DNA of 64,000 nt, taken from IMG/VR virus record IMGVR_UViG_3300031539_000002; one strand, given 5' to 3'. Shown here in pieces: positions 19,218 to 28,411 of this stretch. Numbering within the stretch: position 1 is the first letter of the stretch; each line of letters opens with the position of its first letter. Position numbers and translations under genes: made by a program. Under the pieces are notes generated by a model. That model was given only the letters and a program-made list of their open reading frames with translations, did not search any database and was not told the origin of the DNA. The stretch comes from a virus.

Positions 19218-19240
19218 CGCTCCTATGCGACCACCTCCGT

Positions 19241-19786
19241 GTGGTCATCGTAGTTCTCAACGGGTTTCTTGGTGCCCGACGTACACGGCTCGATGTCACC
19301 GAGATCGTGGACAAGGCCGTGGCCGATTTGAAGGTTCGGCCCGAAGGCGTCATCCGCGGTCGAGGAGGGGCCGGCCCGGTGAAGTTCAACAAGCTCGCCA
19401 AACGCGTTGGAGGGTTGGCCTCGCAGGATCGTGTGCTCTTGCTGGTGGGCAAGAGTTTCGGGGCCCATTGGATCGTAAAAATGCTCTGGGATATGGCCGA
19501 GCGCGAGCAACTCGAGAAGTTCAAAGCAGTCGGGGCACTTACGGTGGACCCTGCCAATGCGCTTCACAAGCTGCAGCGGAAGACGAAGTCCATCCCCACG
19601 ATCGACCGCATCGTGAATCTTCATCAGTACGGGTTCCGGTCTGGGTATCGCATCGGGCCGCCGGCCACGAACTTGGCGCTCGCGGCCACCCACAAAGGCA
19701 TCGAGACCCACGCTCGAGTGGACTACGAGGTCCGTGAACTCCTCCAGTGGGGGTGCGCGTACCAGAGGGCTTCTCAGGCGTTCTGA
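19241..19786 (+). CDS. Alpha/beta-hydrolase-like protein
   Basis: LLVGKSFGA nucleophile elbow, LTVDP, late His (THKGI). Confidence 0.5.
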   Translation: MVIVVLNGFLGARRTRLDVTEIVDKAVADLKVRPEGVIRGRGGAGPVKFNKLAKRVGGLASQDRVLLLVGKSFGAHWIVKMLWDMAEREQLEKFKAVGALTVDPANALHKLQRKTKSIPTIDRIVNLHQYGFRSGYRIGPPATNLALAATHKGIETHARVDYEVRELLQWGCAYQRASQAF

Positions 19787-19924
19787 GGGGCCCGGGAGGT
19801 GGGCCGGGGATCAGGGCCCGAGCTTCTCACGGAGGCGCACAGGGCTTCTGGGAATGGATTTCGGGGTGCCTCGGTAGTATCCCCCGTGGGTGCGTATAAC
19901 CCACCCGCCCTCCAAGGAATCCTG

Positions 19925-20818
19925 ATGAAAAAGAGCCCCCTCGTCTTGCTAGCCCTCAGCGCCCTCCTCACCGCCGCTTGCGGTCAACGTGTCACTGTGG
20001 AAACCGGAGAAGTCGGGAAGGTCCTCGGCACTAGCGGTCTTGCAGATCGGGTACAGCAGCCGAGCAGCTTTCGCATGGAGACCTGTTGGGTCAGTGCGTG
20101 TCCGAAGCTCGTCCGTCTCCAGGTCAGCAAGAGCACGACGGTTCTCACCATCGACAGCCTCTACCTCCCGAAGTCCAACGTGGACATCAGGAACGTGCAG
20201 GTGGGCATCGTCTACGAGGTCAAGTCCGACGAGGAAAGCATCGCGCAGATCTACGAAGAAGTGCGCCCTGAGTCTGTCGAGTCACAGATCATGTTGATCT
20301 CGGCTGAGAAGGTCTACGAGACATACCTTGCTCGCAAAGCTCCCGACGCCATCGTCACCGAGCTGCGCAAGCACACCGTCGAGGACGTGCTCAGCAACGT
20401 GCCCGAGATTGCACAGGCCACCAAGGCGGCCATCGAAGAGATGCTGGGCGACGCCCCCATCCAAGTCACTGAACTCGGGTTCCCGAACGGCATCGGTGAG
20501 GTGCCCCGCGAAGTCATCCAAGCCAAGCGCCGTCTCTACGCGGTGGATGAGGAGAAGGCCCGCACCGTTCGTGCGCTCGCGGCGGAACTTGAGGTCGAGG
20601 CACAACGCCAAGCGGTGCAGAAGGTTCGTGCCGAGAACGATGTGCTCAACGCCAAGATCGCCGGTGTCCCCTACGACGTGTACGAGCATCTCAAGGTTCA
20701 GGAGCGTTTCGCGGACGCCGCCGACGCGATGGCAGAGGCGATCTCCGAAGGCAACCATGACGTGATCGTTCAAGCTCCCGCACCGCAGCTTCCGGCTGTG
20801 AAAGAAGAAGGCAAGTAG
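19925..20818 (+). CDS. SPFH/band-7-like lipoprotein
   Basis: MKKSPLVLLALSALLTAAC lipobox; VTVETGEVGK; C-terminal coiled coil. Confidence 0.65.
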   Translation: MKKSPLVLLALSALLTAACGQRVTVETGEVGKVLGTSGLADRVQQPSSFRMETCWVSACPKLVRLQVSKSTTVLTIDSLYLPKSNVDIRNVQVGIVYEVKSDEESIAQIYEEVRPESVESQIMLISAEKVYETYLARKAPDAIVTELRKHTVEDVLSNVPEIAQATKAAIEEMLGDAPIQVTELGFPNGIGEVPREVIQAKRRLYAVDEEKARTVRALAAELEVEAQRQAVQKVRAENDVLNAKIAGVPYDVYEHLKVQERFADAADAMAEAISEGNHDVIVQAPAPQLPAVKEEGK

Positions 20819-20820
20819 TC

Positions 20821-21189
20821 ATGGGCATCGTCAGTGTTCTGGGAATGTTCGGGGGCCTCGCGCTCTTGGTCGTCATCGCCCTCAAGATCAACGCGCTTCG
20901 GAAGGAGGAGCCGGACGAGGACATCGCATGGGGGCTCAAACTCGGTGTGGCCGGGTGTCTCTTCGCCGTCGTGCTTGGCGTCACAGGGATCGTCAACAAC
21001 TACTTCGTGAAAATCGAGACACCATTCGATCCCCCTGCTGCGGAACTCCCCGCCAAAGAGGGGCCGAAGGAGCCCATCGAAGTCCCTGAGGTCAAGTCCG
21101 TTGCCAAGCCTGATCCGATGAAGGACGCGAAGGACGACCATCACAAGGCGCTTGACGAATTCGGCAAGCAGCCCGAAGCCGACAAGTAG
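20821..21189 (+). CDS. Membrane protein (2 TM)
   Basis: Two hydrophobic stretches; charged tail. Confidence 0.6.
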   Translation: MGIVSVLGMFGGLALLVVIALKINALRKEEPDEDIAWGLKLGVAGCLFAVVLGVTGIVNNYFVKIETPFDPPAAELPAKEGPKEPIEVPEVKSVAKPDPMKDAKDDHHKALDEFGKQPEADK

Positions 21190-21381
21190 ATGGACCAGTT
21201 CGTCAAGGTCGCAGGGTACGCCCTTCTTTTCGTCATGTTCGGGGCGGCAGTGCTGTTGCTCCTGCACTACGCCGGGATCATCGTGGCCACGAGTGTTGCA
21301 GGGCTGTGGGCGTTTGTATGGGCCCCCGTGGCGGTGACTGTCACGGGCATTTTTGTCATCTGGATCTTCGACCAGATCTGA
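21190..21381 (+). CDS. Small membrane protein
   Basis: 63 aa, almost entirely hydrophobic. Confidence 0.55.
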   Translation: MDQFVKVAGYALLFVMFGAAVLLLLHYAGIIVATSVAGLWAFVWAPVAVTVTGIFVIWIFDQI

Positions 21382-21396
21382 CCATTTCCCCTGAGG

Positions 21397-21412
21397 GGTA
21401 GAATGATGGATG
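21397..21412 (+). promoter_or_regulatory. Class I leaderless promoter GG-TAnnnT-N5/6-start, representative copy
   Basis: GG TAGAAT GATGG ATG; same geometry before about nine other genes. Confidence 0.6.
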
Positions 21413-22519
21413 GCAGACAAGGCACTGGTTCCTGGTGACCTCGAGCTTCTGAGTGGTGTCGAACACATCAGAAAGCGCCCGGGCATGTACGTCGGGGATC
21501 TCGGACAGACCGGGGTTCACCACATGCTCTACTGGGCACTCGACGACATCCTCGCTAACGCGCGCGCCGGTCGAGGGAGTTTCGTTCAGGTCAAGCACTC
21601 GCACGACGGCTCCCTGACGATCTCTGATGATGGTAACACTATGCCGTCTCCTGACGAGAGGGGTGCAGGCATCACAGACCGCTTGGACAATCTCGTGACT
21701 GAGATGCACGCGGGACATGACACTCGAGGCACGGCGCCCAAAGTCCAGCTCCGCGATTGGCTCGTCGTCATCCGAGCTCTGTCCGAGATGTTCACCATCA
21801 CCGCGCGTGTGGGGGCTGAGTACTACACGCGAACCTATGCCGCAGGCGTCCCCATGACGGAATGGGAGACGACGGAGGTTCGCAGTCTCCTCAATCCGAA
21901 CATGGTGGTCCGGTTCAAACCCGACCCGGAGATCTTCGAGCGTACCGACTTCGTATGGGACCGTATCCGAACTCGGCTCCGACACATGGCGGCGACGTAC
22001 CCCAAGTTGCTGACGGACTTCGTCTACGAGCCCAGTAACAACGAACCCCTGGAGTACGAGCACATCAGGATGCCGAATGGCATGGCCGATATGCTCAAGG
22101 TCATCACCAAGGACGACAGGTTTTACGGCCAGAGGCCCAAGGAACCTTTGCGTCTGTGTGTACAGCAAGATGGGCTTGCGTTCGACGTAGCCCTCCAGTG
22201 GGGATCGGTTCCCCCTCCTGCGGAGAGCGCGTCCCGACGCATTCATTCGTGGGCCAACACCGTCGAAACGCGCGATGGGTCCCACGTCCTTGGGCTCAAA
22301 GACGCGTTGCGGGAAACGGGGCTTGAGGACGTGCCCTACTACGTTTGCATTTCTGTGTTCGTCCCGCAGCCCAAGTTCGTAACGCCTACGAAAAACGAGC
22401 TCCGCAACCCCGAGATCCGCAGGCTCATTCGGGAGCACTTGACGCCAGCACTGCGGAGGCTTCAAGAGAACGACGGGTTCGCACTCGACCTTGAGCACAT
22501 CAGGGGGCGCCGGTTGTGA
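21410..22519 (+). CDS. GyrB/ParE N-terminal (GHKL + transducer) homolog; degenerate ATP site, no TOPRIM
   Basis: IRKRPGMYVG, SDDG, MHAG, FKPDPEIF, WANTVETRDGSH, PTKNEL; only 369 aa. Confidence 0.8.
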   Translation: MADKALVPGDLELLSGVEHIRKRPGMYVGDLGQTGVHHMLYWALDDILANARAGRGSFVQVKHSHDGSLTISDDGNTMPSPDERGAGITDRLDNLVTEMHAGHDTRGTAPKVQLRDWLVVIRALSEMFTITARVGAEYYTRTYAAGVPMTEWETTEVRSLLNPNMVVRFKPDPEIFERTDFVWDRIRTRLRHMAATYPKLLTDFVYEPSNNEPLEYEHIRMPNGMADMLKVITKDDRFYGQRPKEPLRLCVQQDGLAFDVALQWGSVPPPAESASRRIHSWANTVETRDGSHVLGLKDALRETGLEDVPYYVCISVFVPQPKFVTPTKNELRNPEIRRLIREHLTPALRRLQENDGFALDLEHIRGRRL

Positions 22520-22833
22520 TGGAGCACTACGAACAGGTCCAAGACCTTCTGCGCAAGATCCACAAGGACACCATGTTCCGGTCGGACCCTGCGCTCGACC
22601 ACCCTTGCTATGCCGAACTCGTGGGCATGGGCCCCGAGATCGTTCCGGCGCTCCTACGTCAGCTCGAGGAGTTCCACGACCCCGGCGACTTGTCGATCTG
22701 GCACGCCATTTCAGCCCTGTACGCGTTGACCAAGGCCAGCCCAATTCCGCAGGAACACGCCGGCAGGCTGAGGCTCATCATCGAAGACTGGCTTGAGTGG
22801 GGACGGAAGGAAGGCATCGAATGGGGTTCGTAA
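22516..22833 (+). CDS. Hypothetical protein
   Basis: Coupled to upstream gene; helical, MGPEIVPALL..WLEWGR. Confidence 0.55.
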   Translation: MMEHYEQVQDLLRKIHKDTMFRSDPALDHPCYAELVGMGPEIVPALLRQLEEFHDPGDLSIWHAISALYALTKASPIPQEHAGRLRLIIEDWLEWGRKEGIEWGS

Positions 22834-23492
22834 TCGGAATCGACGAAGCTGGACGTGGCCCCGTGCTTGGGCCGTTGGTGATGGCGGCCGTGATGATCAC
22901 GCCCGAGCAGGAAGCGGAACTTGAGGGATTCGGTATTCAAGACAGCAAGAAGTACGGCAGTGGCAAAAAGGCCAAGCAGGCTCGTCTCGCAGCTCGTCCT
23001 GCGGTGCTCTCCAGGTGCGAGCACAGGATTGTGGTGTTCTCCCCTGAGGAGATCGATCGCTACGTGGAGCAGGGACGCCTTGACGATCTTGAGCGCGAAG
23101 GGGCCGAACGCCTTCTCGCTGAGATCGGCGCTACGTCCGTGGACAAGATCATCTGCGACGGAGAACCCATCTTCGCTCGACTCCAGCACCGGTGGCCGAA
23201 GCTGGTGGCAGAGAACAAGGCTGACGGTAAGTATGTCTGCGTGTCTGCGGCTTCCATCCTCGCCAAGGTCCGACGTGACGAGCTCATGGACGAGATCGTC
23301 TGCAAGTACGAAACAGAGTACGGCAAGATTACAGGGGGCGGCTACGTCAACAAGGGGAGTCGAGATTTCCTTGAGGCGTACGAGGCCAAACACGGAACCC
23401 TTCCACCGGAGGCACGCAAATCATGGACGTGGCGGAAGAAGCCAGACTTCGTCGATGGGCCGAGCATCGCCGACATGCTCAACGACGCTTGA
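22821..23492 (+). CDS. rnhB: Ribonuclease HII
   Basis: GIDEAGRGPVLGP, DSKK, ICDG, KAD..VSAASILAKVRRD. Confidence 0.92.
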   Translation: MGFVIGIDEAGRGPVLGPLVMAAVMITPEQEAELEGFGIQDSKKYGSGKKAKQARLAARPAVLSRCEHRIVVFSPEEIDRYVEQGRLDDLEREGAERLLAEIGATSVDKIICDGEPIFARLQHRWPKLVAENKADGKYVCVSAASILAKVRRDELMDEIVCKYETEYGKITGGGYVNKGSRDFLEAYEAKHGTLPPEARKSWTWRKKPDFVDGPSIADMLNDA

Positions 23493-23806
23493 AGTCTACC
23501 GAGGACCACCTGTTCCACGAGCGCCTCGTGGCTCACTTCGGGGATCGCGTCGCGGAGTTCTCCGTTGACCTGCTCGAGATGTTCCACGGCCTCTGGATTG
23601 ACGGACAACTTCACGGAGCCGGACTCTTGTGCGACCGCTGCGGGGCCACTGAGGGGGTCAAGCTCATCGGGGCCATGACTTCGTATACCGAGACCGAGGA
23701 CAACCCCGATCCCAATCATCCCACGCCCTACTGTCTCCCCTGCGCCAAAGAGTACGAGGAGCACTGGCAAGAGATGTGGGACGAGTACAATGCGGGAAGG
23801 CTGTGA
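23489..23806 (+). CDS. Hypothetical Zn-binding protein
   Basis: TTGA overlap; CDRC and CLPC; C-terminal W..MWDEY. Confidence 0.5.
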   Translation: MKSTEDHLFHERLVAHFGDRVAEFSVDLLEMFHGLWIDGQLHGAGLLCDRCGATEGVKLIGAMTSYTETEDNPDPNHPTPYCLPCAKEYEEHWQEMWDEYNAGRL

Positions 23807-24321
23807 AACGCGTCTACACCATCGGGCACAGCAACCGCCCCACCGAGCATCTCGTAGCTCGTCTCAAGCGCCATGGGGTCAAGGTTCTCGCGGACGTGCG
23901 CAGCCGACCTTTTAGCCGTCACAACCCGCAGTTCAACCGCTACGAAATCGCAGAGGTTCTGCGCCAAGCGAGCATTCCCTACGTCTGGATGGGGCACGCG
24001 CTTGGGGGGATGCCTGACGATCCGGCGCTCAAGATAGGGGGCCGGGCAGACTACGCGAAGATTCGTCGCTCTCAGCCGTACCAAGACGGGCTTGAGGACC
24101 TTGTGACAGGGCTGGAGTCCCCGTTGACCCCGGTGGCGCTCATGTGCAGTGAGCAGGACCCATCAGGGTGTCATCGACGACGCCTTGTTGGTGTCGATCT
24201 CGTGAGCCGGGGATACGAGCTCGTGCACATCTTGGGGGATGGTGAGCTGGCGACGGAGCACGACATCCGTGAGGGCACTGGCGAGAACCAGCCTTCGGTG
24301 CTTGACCTGTTCAGTGATTGA
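23803..24321 (+). CDS. DUF488 family protein
   Basis: YTIGHS, LADVRSRPFSR..PQFN, LMCSE..CHR. Confidence 0.85.
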   Translation: MKRVYTIGHSNRPTEHLVARLKRHGVKVLADVRSRPFSRHNPQFNRYEIAEVLRQASIPYVWMGHALGGMPDDPALKIGGRADYAKIRRSQPYQDGLEDLVTGLESPLTPVALMCSEQDPSGCHRRRLVGVDLVSRGYELVHILGDGELATEHDIREGTGENQPSVLDLFSD

Positions 24322-24844
24322 GGTCGAGGCCCAGTTCGCGTAGACACCTGAAAGCGATTATCTCGAGGTCTTGGATGGTGCCGTCGTTGGTGATCGCCGC
24401 GTCCACCGGGAGCTTGTGTTTCTCTGCTTCGTGTCCGGTGTCAGGAGCCTCGACGCCGGGGCGCGTGATACGGAGGACCTTGGCTTTGTGCCCCCGGAAG
24501 AAGGGAATCTCGTTGGGGTAGCGCAGGTCATCGACCACAAGAGGGCCATCGGGTCGTGTGTTGTGCCAGGCCATCAGCCAGAGGTCCGGGTGGATGAGGT
24601 CACGCCACTCTTTGCCGAGGGTCTGCATCGCCCACCGAGGAGTCTTCCCGCCAAGAAGGTCCGTGGGCAACTCTTTGAGAGCACCCTCGATGTGTTCCTC
24701 CGTGAGGCCCAGACAGCGCAGCATGTTTTTGAGCGGGGTGGCGATCTTGTGCCTGGTGAACCCGTACTCACGAATGAGGTAGTCGGCCACGACTCCTTTG
24801 CCAGAGTGCGGGAGACCGTTCAGACAGACGATGGGGGCACTCAT
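24311..24844 (-). CDS. Deoxynucleoside monophosphate kinase
   Basis: GLPHSGKG P-loop, TPRWAMQTLG, DDLRYPNE, NDGT. Confidence 0.85.
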   Translation of the reverse strand: MSAPIVCLNGLPHSGKGVVADYLIREYGFTRHKIATPLKNMLRCLGLTEEHIEGALKELPTDLLGGKTPRWAMQTLGKEWRDLIHPDLWLMAWHNTRPDGPLVVDDLRYPNEIPFFRGHKAKVLRITRPGVEAPDTGHEAEKHKLPVDAAITNDGTIQDLEIIAFRCLRELGLDLNH

Positions 24845-25140
24845 GAGACGTTGAACCCTACGCAGGTGAGGACGCCATTGACAACGAGATCGCCGCCCAC
24901 GAATACGTCCCCGTCGAACGTGGCGCCTTGTTCGTAGGTGACGGGCTCCTTGAAAAGATGGACGGTTTCGACCTGGAGGTTTGTGCCCGATTTCTCAAGT
25001 TCGCGGAGTACCCAGTCGAGTTCCCCGATGGCGGCGTCCGCAGCCGTGGAGGCGTCCCAGTCCCGGCGGTCTCCCGCAGAAGCGCTTTGGTTGCGACGCT
25101 CCTCGAGGCGCTTTTTGATGGCTTCTCGCAGCTCTCTCAT
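24841..25140 (-). CDS. Hypothetical protein
   Basis: ATGA overlap with the kinase; GG-TATGGT 6 nt upstream of ATG. Confidence 0.55.
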   Translation of the reverse strand: MRELREAIKKRLEERRNQSASAGDRRDWDASTAADAAIGELDWVLRELEKSGTNLQVETVHLFKEPVTYEQGATFDGDVFVGGDLVVNGVLTCVGFNVS

Positions 25141-25157
25141 GAATCGACCATACCGAC

Positions 25158-25186
25158 TTGACGCGACCGGCTTCGACCCCTACTTT
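25158..25186 (+). promoter_or_regulatory. Sigma70-like promoter
   Basis: TTGACG-N17-TACTTT in a divergent intergenic region; hairpin GACGTAG..CTACGTC (25241-25265) abuts ATG 25266. Confidence 0.5.
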
Positions 25187-25265
25187 GGGATCTCGTGCCA
25201 CTCGCACCACAACTGAATCTGCCTGAGAGGGGACCTCCGTGACGTAGCTGCTCTGCAACTACGTC

Positions 25266-25601
25266 ATGTCGAAGTCCAACACTCACAAGAGCCAGAACAG
25301 CAACCCCAACCCCCGCAAGAAGAACGATCCCCGCTACAAGCGGGTAATCGTTGGCTACCGTCTGGTAGCCATGACGGCGGACCAGGTGGACCAAATCTCC
25401 GAGATGGAGGGTCGTACGGACCCCCGGACCGCTTGGTGGAACGCCATCAGTAAGGGGCCCCGGTGCCGCAAGTGTTTCCTGCGGCTCCCCGAGGGCCGCA
25501 AGACCCACTTCTGTCGGTGGGACATCAAACAGGAGGGGCCACGAGACCCGAAGCCGGCCATGCGCCAGGTGCCCCTTTACCGGTGGGTGCTCAAGGAGTG
25601 A
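25266..25601 (+). CDS. Hypothetical basic protein with CxxC..HxC
   Basis: 111 aa; CRKC, THFC. Confidence 0.5.
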   Translation: MSKSNTHKSQNSNPNPRKKNDPRYKRVIVGYRLVAMTADQVDQISEMEGRTDPRTAWWNAISKGPRCRKCFLRLPEGRKTHFCRWDIKQEGPRDPKPAMRQVPLYRWVLKE

Positions 25602-25618
25602 GGCGGGTACGGTGAAGC

Positions 25619-25843
25619 ATGCCCATCACTCCTGAGGAATTGGACAAGCGCTTCACCTACCATCCTCCAACCGGAGACCAGCCCGAGCGGTACACGAAGA
25701 TCGGCGCGAAGGTTCGCGAACTTGCGGACCTCATCGTCGAACTCTGTCCCGACTCGCGAGAACAGGCGCTCGCCATGACGCATCTCGAGGAAGTGCGTAT
25801 GTGGGCCAACGCGGGCATCGCTCGGAGGTTGACCGGTGGGTAG
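25619..25843 (+). CDS. Acb2/Tad1-like helical hairpin (candidate immune-signal sponge)
   Basis: RFTYHPP...CPDSREQALAMTHLEEVRMWANAGIAR resembles the R..SLA.T.LEE..MW....IAR hairpin of Acb2. Confidence 0.65.
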   Translation: MPITPEELDKRFTYHPPTGDQPERYTKIGAKVRELADLIVELCPDSREQALAMTHLEEVRMWANAGIARRLTGG

Positions 25844-26048
25844 TTTCGACATCAAAGGCGGTCACGGCGGCGTCTCCATGGGCTGTCGTTACTGCGGCGA
25901 GAGTCTTGTGCGCGACCCTTCAACGGGCAACTACCGGTGTGACACCGCCGGTTGTGGGAAGGGGAGCCTCTCGAGCCCCGATGGGATCGAAACCACTGTC
26001 GATGAGCACGGGAACGTGAGGCTCACGTCGGGCAAGAAGCCTTCGTGA
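25836..26048 (+). CDS. Small Zn-ribbon protein
   Basis: CRYC..CDTAGC. Confidence 0.45.
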   Translation: MGSFDIKGGHGGVSMGCRYCGESLVRDPSTGNYRCDTAGCGKGSLSSPDGIETTVDEHGNVRLTSGKKPS

Positions 26049-26080
26049 ATTTGTCTATTCCCCCACGGGTATAAGGGAAG

Positions 26081-26410
26081 ATGGCAGCGGAAGATCGCAC
26101 CGAAGAACGCAAAGGGGGCGTGGAGCTCAAGGAGCGCGACGAGCAGCGCCTCAAGAAGCCTCGGAAGTACCGGGTGATCATCCTCAACGATGACTTCACG
26201 CCTATCGAGTTCGTCGTGGGTCTTGTGGTCAACGTGTTCCGCAAGAGCCACGAGGATGCTGCGAGGATTACGCTCGAGGTTCACCAGAAAGGTGCGGCAG
26301 TGGCGGGGATTTACACGCACGAGATTGCCGAAACCAAATGCGCCATCGCACTGTCCTACGCGGCCCAGAACGAGCATCCCCTCCAGCTCACGATGGAACC
26401 CGAGGACTGA
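26081..26410 (+). CDS. clpS: Clp protease adaptor ClpS
   Basis: YRVIILNDDFTPIEFVV, LEVHQKG.AVAGIY..EIAETK, HPLQ. Confidence 0.93.
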   Translation: MAAEDRTEERKGGVELKERDEQRLKKPRKYRVIILNDDFTPIEFVVGLVVNVFRKSHEDAARITLEVHQKGAAVAGIYTHEIAETKCAIALSYAAQNEHPLQLTMEPED

Positions 26411-26444
26411 GCTCGTGGTAAGCGCCCTATAGCTCTCCCTGAGC

Positions 26445-27173
26445 ATGGTTACGCTCAGAGACGGTTCCGAAGTCCAAGACACCCGACTCGCGCGTCTCGT
26501 GCAGTTTGACGAGCGGTCTCGGAACCACCCCATCATGGCCGCTGTGGGCACCAAGAAGAAGCCCCGGAGCTACTCTTGGTCCTGCGCGCAGCATCTCGAC
26601 CAAGGCTCTGAGGGGGCTTGTGTTGGCTTCTCGATGACGCACGAGCTGATCGCTCGCCCTGCCGAGGTTCAACATCTCAGCGCCCCCTTTGCGAGGGAGC
26701 AAGTCTACTGGGAGGCGCAGCGGATCGACGAGTGGGAGGGCGGTTCTTATCCTGGAGCGTCTCCGACGTACGAAGGGACTTCGGTTCTGGCTGGCATCAA
26801 AGTGCTCCAGAAAATGGGCTACATCGAGGGGTACAAATGGGCCTTTGGCTTGAACGATCTGGTCATGGCTGTGGGCTACTGCGGACCTGCGGTGCTCGGG
26901 GTGCCTTGGTACGAAGGCATGTTCGATCCGTGGGCGTGTGGTCATCTTCATGTTCAGGGGGAGTTGATGGGAGGCCACGCCATTCTCTGCAACGGAGTGA
27001 ACGTCAAGGATCGCACCTTCACGCTTCACAACTCGTGGGGAGCAGCTTGGGGGAACGGCGGAGACGCCAAGGTCTCGTGGGATGAGATGGACCGCCTGCT
27101 TCATGAACAAGGTGAGGCGGTGATCCCGATGGGTCGTAAAAAGTCCCTTCTGAGCCGTTTGTTGGGACGTTGA
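26445..27173 (+). CDS. Papain-like (C1) cysteine peptidase
   Basis: LDQGSEGACVGFS, GGHAI, NSWG..WG. Confidence 0.85.
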   Translation: MVTLRDGSEVQDTRLARLVQFDERSRNHPIMAAVGTKKKPRSYSWSCAQHLDQGSEGACVGFSMTHELIARPAEVQHLSAPFAREQVYWEAQRIDEWEGGSYPGASPTYEGTSVLAGIKVLQKMGYIEGYKWAFGLNDLVMAVGYCGPAVLGVPWYEGMFDPWACGHLHVQGELMGGHAILCNGVNVKDRTFTLHNSWGAAWGNGGDAKVSWDEMDRLLHEQGEAVIPMGRKKSLLSRLLGR

Positions 27174-27196
27174 GTAGAATACCGGGAGACCGGTAC

Positions 27197-28378
27197 ATGA
27201 CCCATCGTCGAATCGTCCTCACTGGAGGCCCCTGCGGGGGCAAGACCACAGCGATGTCCCGCATCGCCGAGCGCCTTGAGAACCTGGGCTTCCGAGTCTT
27301 CATGGTTCCTGAGACTCCGACCATGCTGTTCCAGGGAGGGTTCTCTCTGCACGATGTTACGCCTGCGCAGATCGTCGAACTCGAGACGGTCTTGCTGACG
27401 ACGGTGATGAACACCGAGGACTCGTTCCGACGTATCGCGAGCGTCTACGCCAACCCCGATACCGTGTTCCTTTGCGACCGCGGGATGATGGACACGAAGG
27501 CATACGTTTCTGCCGAGATGTGGCAGACGATCCTGAGCAACCTCGGACATACTGAGGTGCAGCTCCGCGACCAGCGATACGATGCGGTCATCCACATGGT
27601 CACCGCTGCGATCGGAGCAGAGGAGCACTACACCCTCGCCAACAACACCGCCCGCACAGAGACGCCCGAGCAGGCGCGTGACCTTGACCGTAAGACGCAG
27701 GATGCTTGGGTTGGGCACCCGCACCTGCGTGTCGTGGACAACAGTTCGGATTTCGATGACAAGGTGCGCGAGGCCATCGCGGCCGTGTGCAACGTCGTGG
27801 GCATCCCGGAGCCGCAAGAGAACGAGCGCAAGTTCCTTGTGACTTCCGTTGATGAGATCCCCGTCAAGAACGTCACCGTCGACATCGAGCAGGTGTACCT
27901 CACCACTGAGGGGAGTCCTCCGGGGCTCCCCCTCGCCGTCGAGGAGCGCGTCCGAAAGAGGGGGCGCGACGGGAGTTTCGTCTACACGCACACGACCAAA
28001 CGGCGCCAAGGTCCCGGCTCTGCCGCGGAACTCGACCGCATGATCACACCGGCCGAGCACCTGATGGCCCTGGAGCGGCGCGACCCTTTGTGCGCGACCA
28101 TTCGGAAGAAACGGACGTGTTTCATCTGGGAGGGCCGGTATTTCGAGCTCGACACGTATCTCGACTGGCGCCGAGGCAAGCACGCCGACGGGGAGCCGCT
28201 CTGCGTGTTGGAATTGGAAGTCGATGCCGAGAGTTTGGATGCCACGATCCCGCTTCCCCCGTTCGTGAAAATCGAACGCGAGGTCACCGGCGAGAACGGG
28301 TTCTCCAACCGAGAACTTGCGCAGAGCCTCGCCAGTTCCCAGCTTTGGGGTTCTCGATTAGGGTTGACGCTACCCTAA
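27197..28378 (+). CDS. AAA_28-type P-loop domain fused to CYTH domain
   Basis: IVLTGGPCGGKTT, CDRGMMD; CYTH ENERKFLV, RVRKR, IRKKR, FELD, LELE. Confidence 0.8.
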   Translation: MTHRRIVLTGGPCGGKTTAMSRIAERLENLGFRVFMVPETPTMLFQGGFSLHDVTPAQIVELETVLLTTVMNTEDSFRRIASVYANPDTVFLCDRGMMDTKAYVSAEMWQTILSNLGHTEVQLRDQRYDAVIHMVTAAIGAEEHYTLANNTARTETPEQARDLDRKTQDAWVGHPHLRVVDNSSDFDDKVREAIAAVCNVVGIPEPQENERKFLVTSVDEIPVKNVTVDIEQVYLTTEGSPPGLPLAVEERVRKRGRDGSFVYTHTTKRRQGPGSAAELDRMITPAEHLMALERRDPLCATIRKKRTCFIWEGRYFELDTYLDWRRGKHADGEPLCVLELEVDAESLDATIPLPPFVKIEREVTGENGFSNRELAQSLASSQLWGSRLGLTLP

Positions 28379-28411
28379 ATATGGGCTAACTCACCCTAAA
28401 AGGATAGAACG

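Noticed and set aside
25141-25265. tRNA-like TTCGACCCC in an intergenic region
   Set aside because: No cloverleaf; better explained by divergent promoters and one hairpin.
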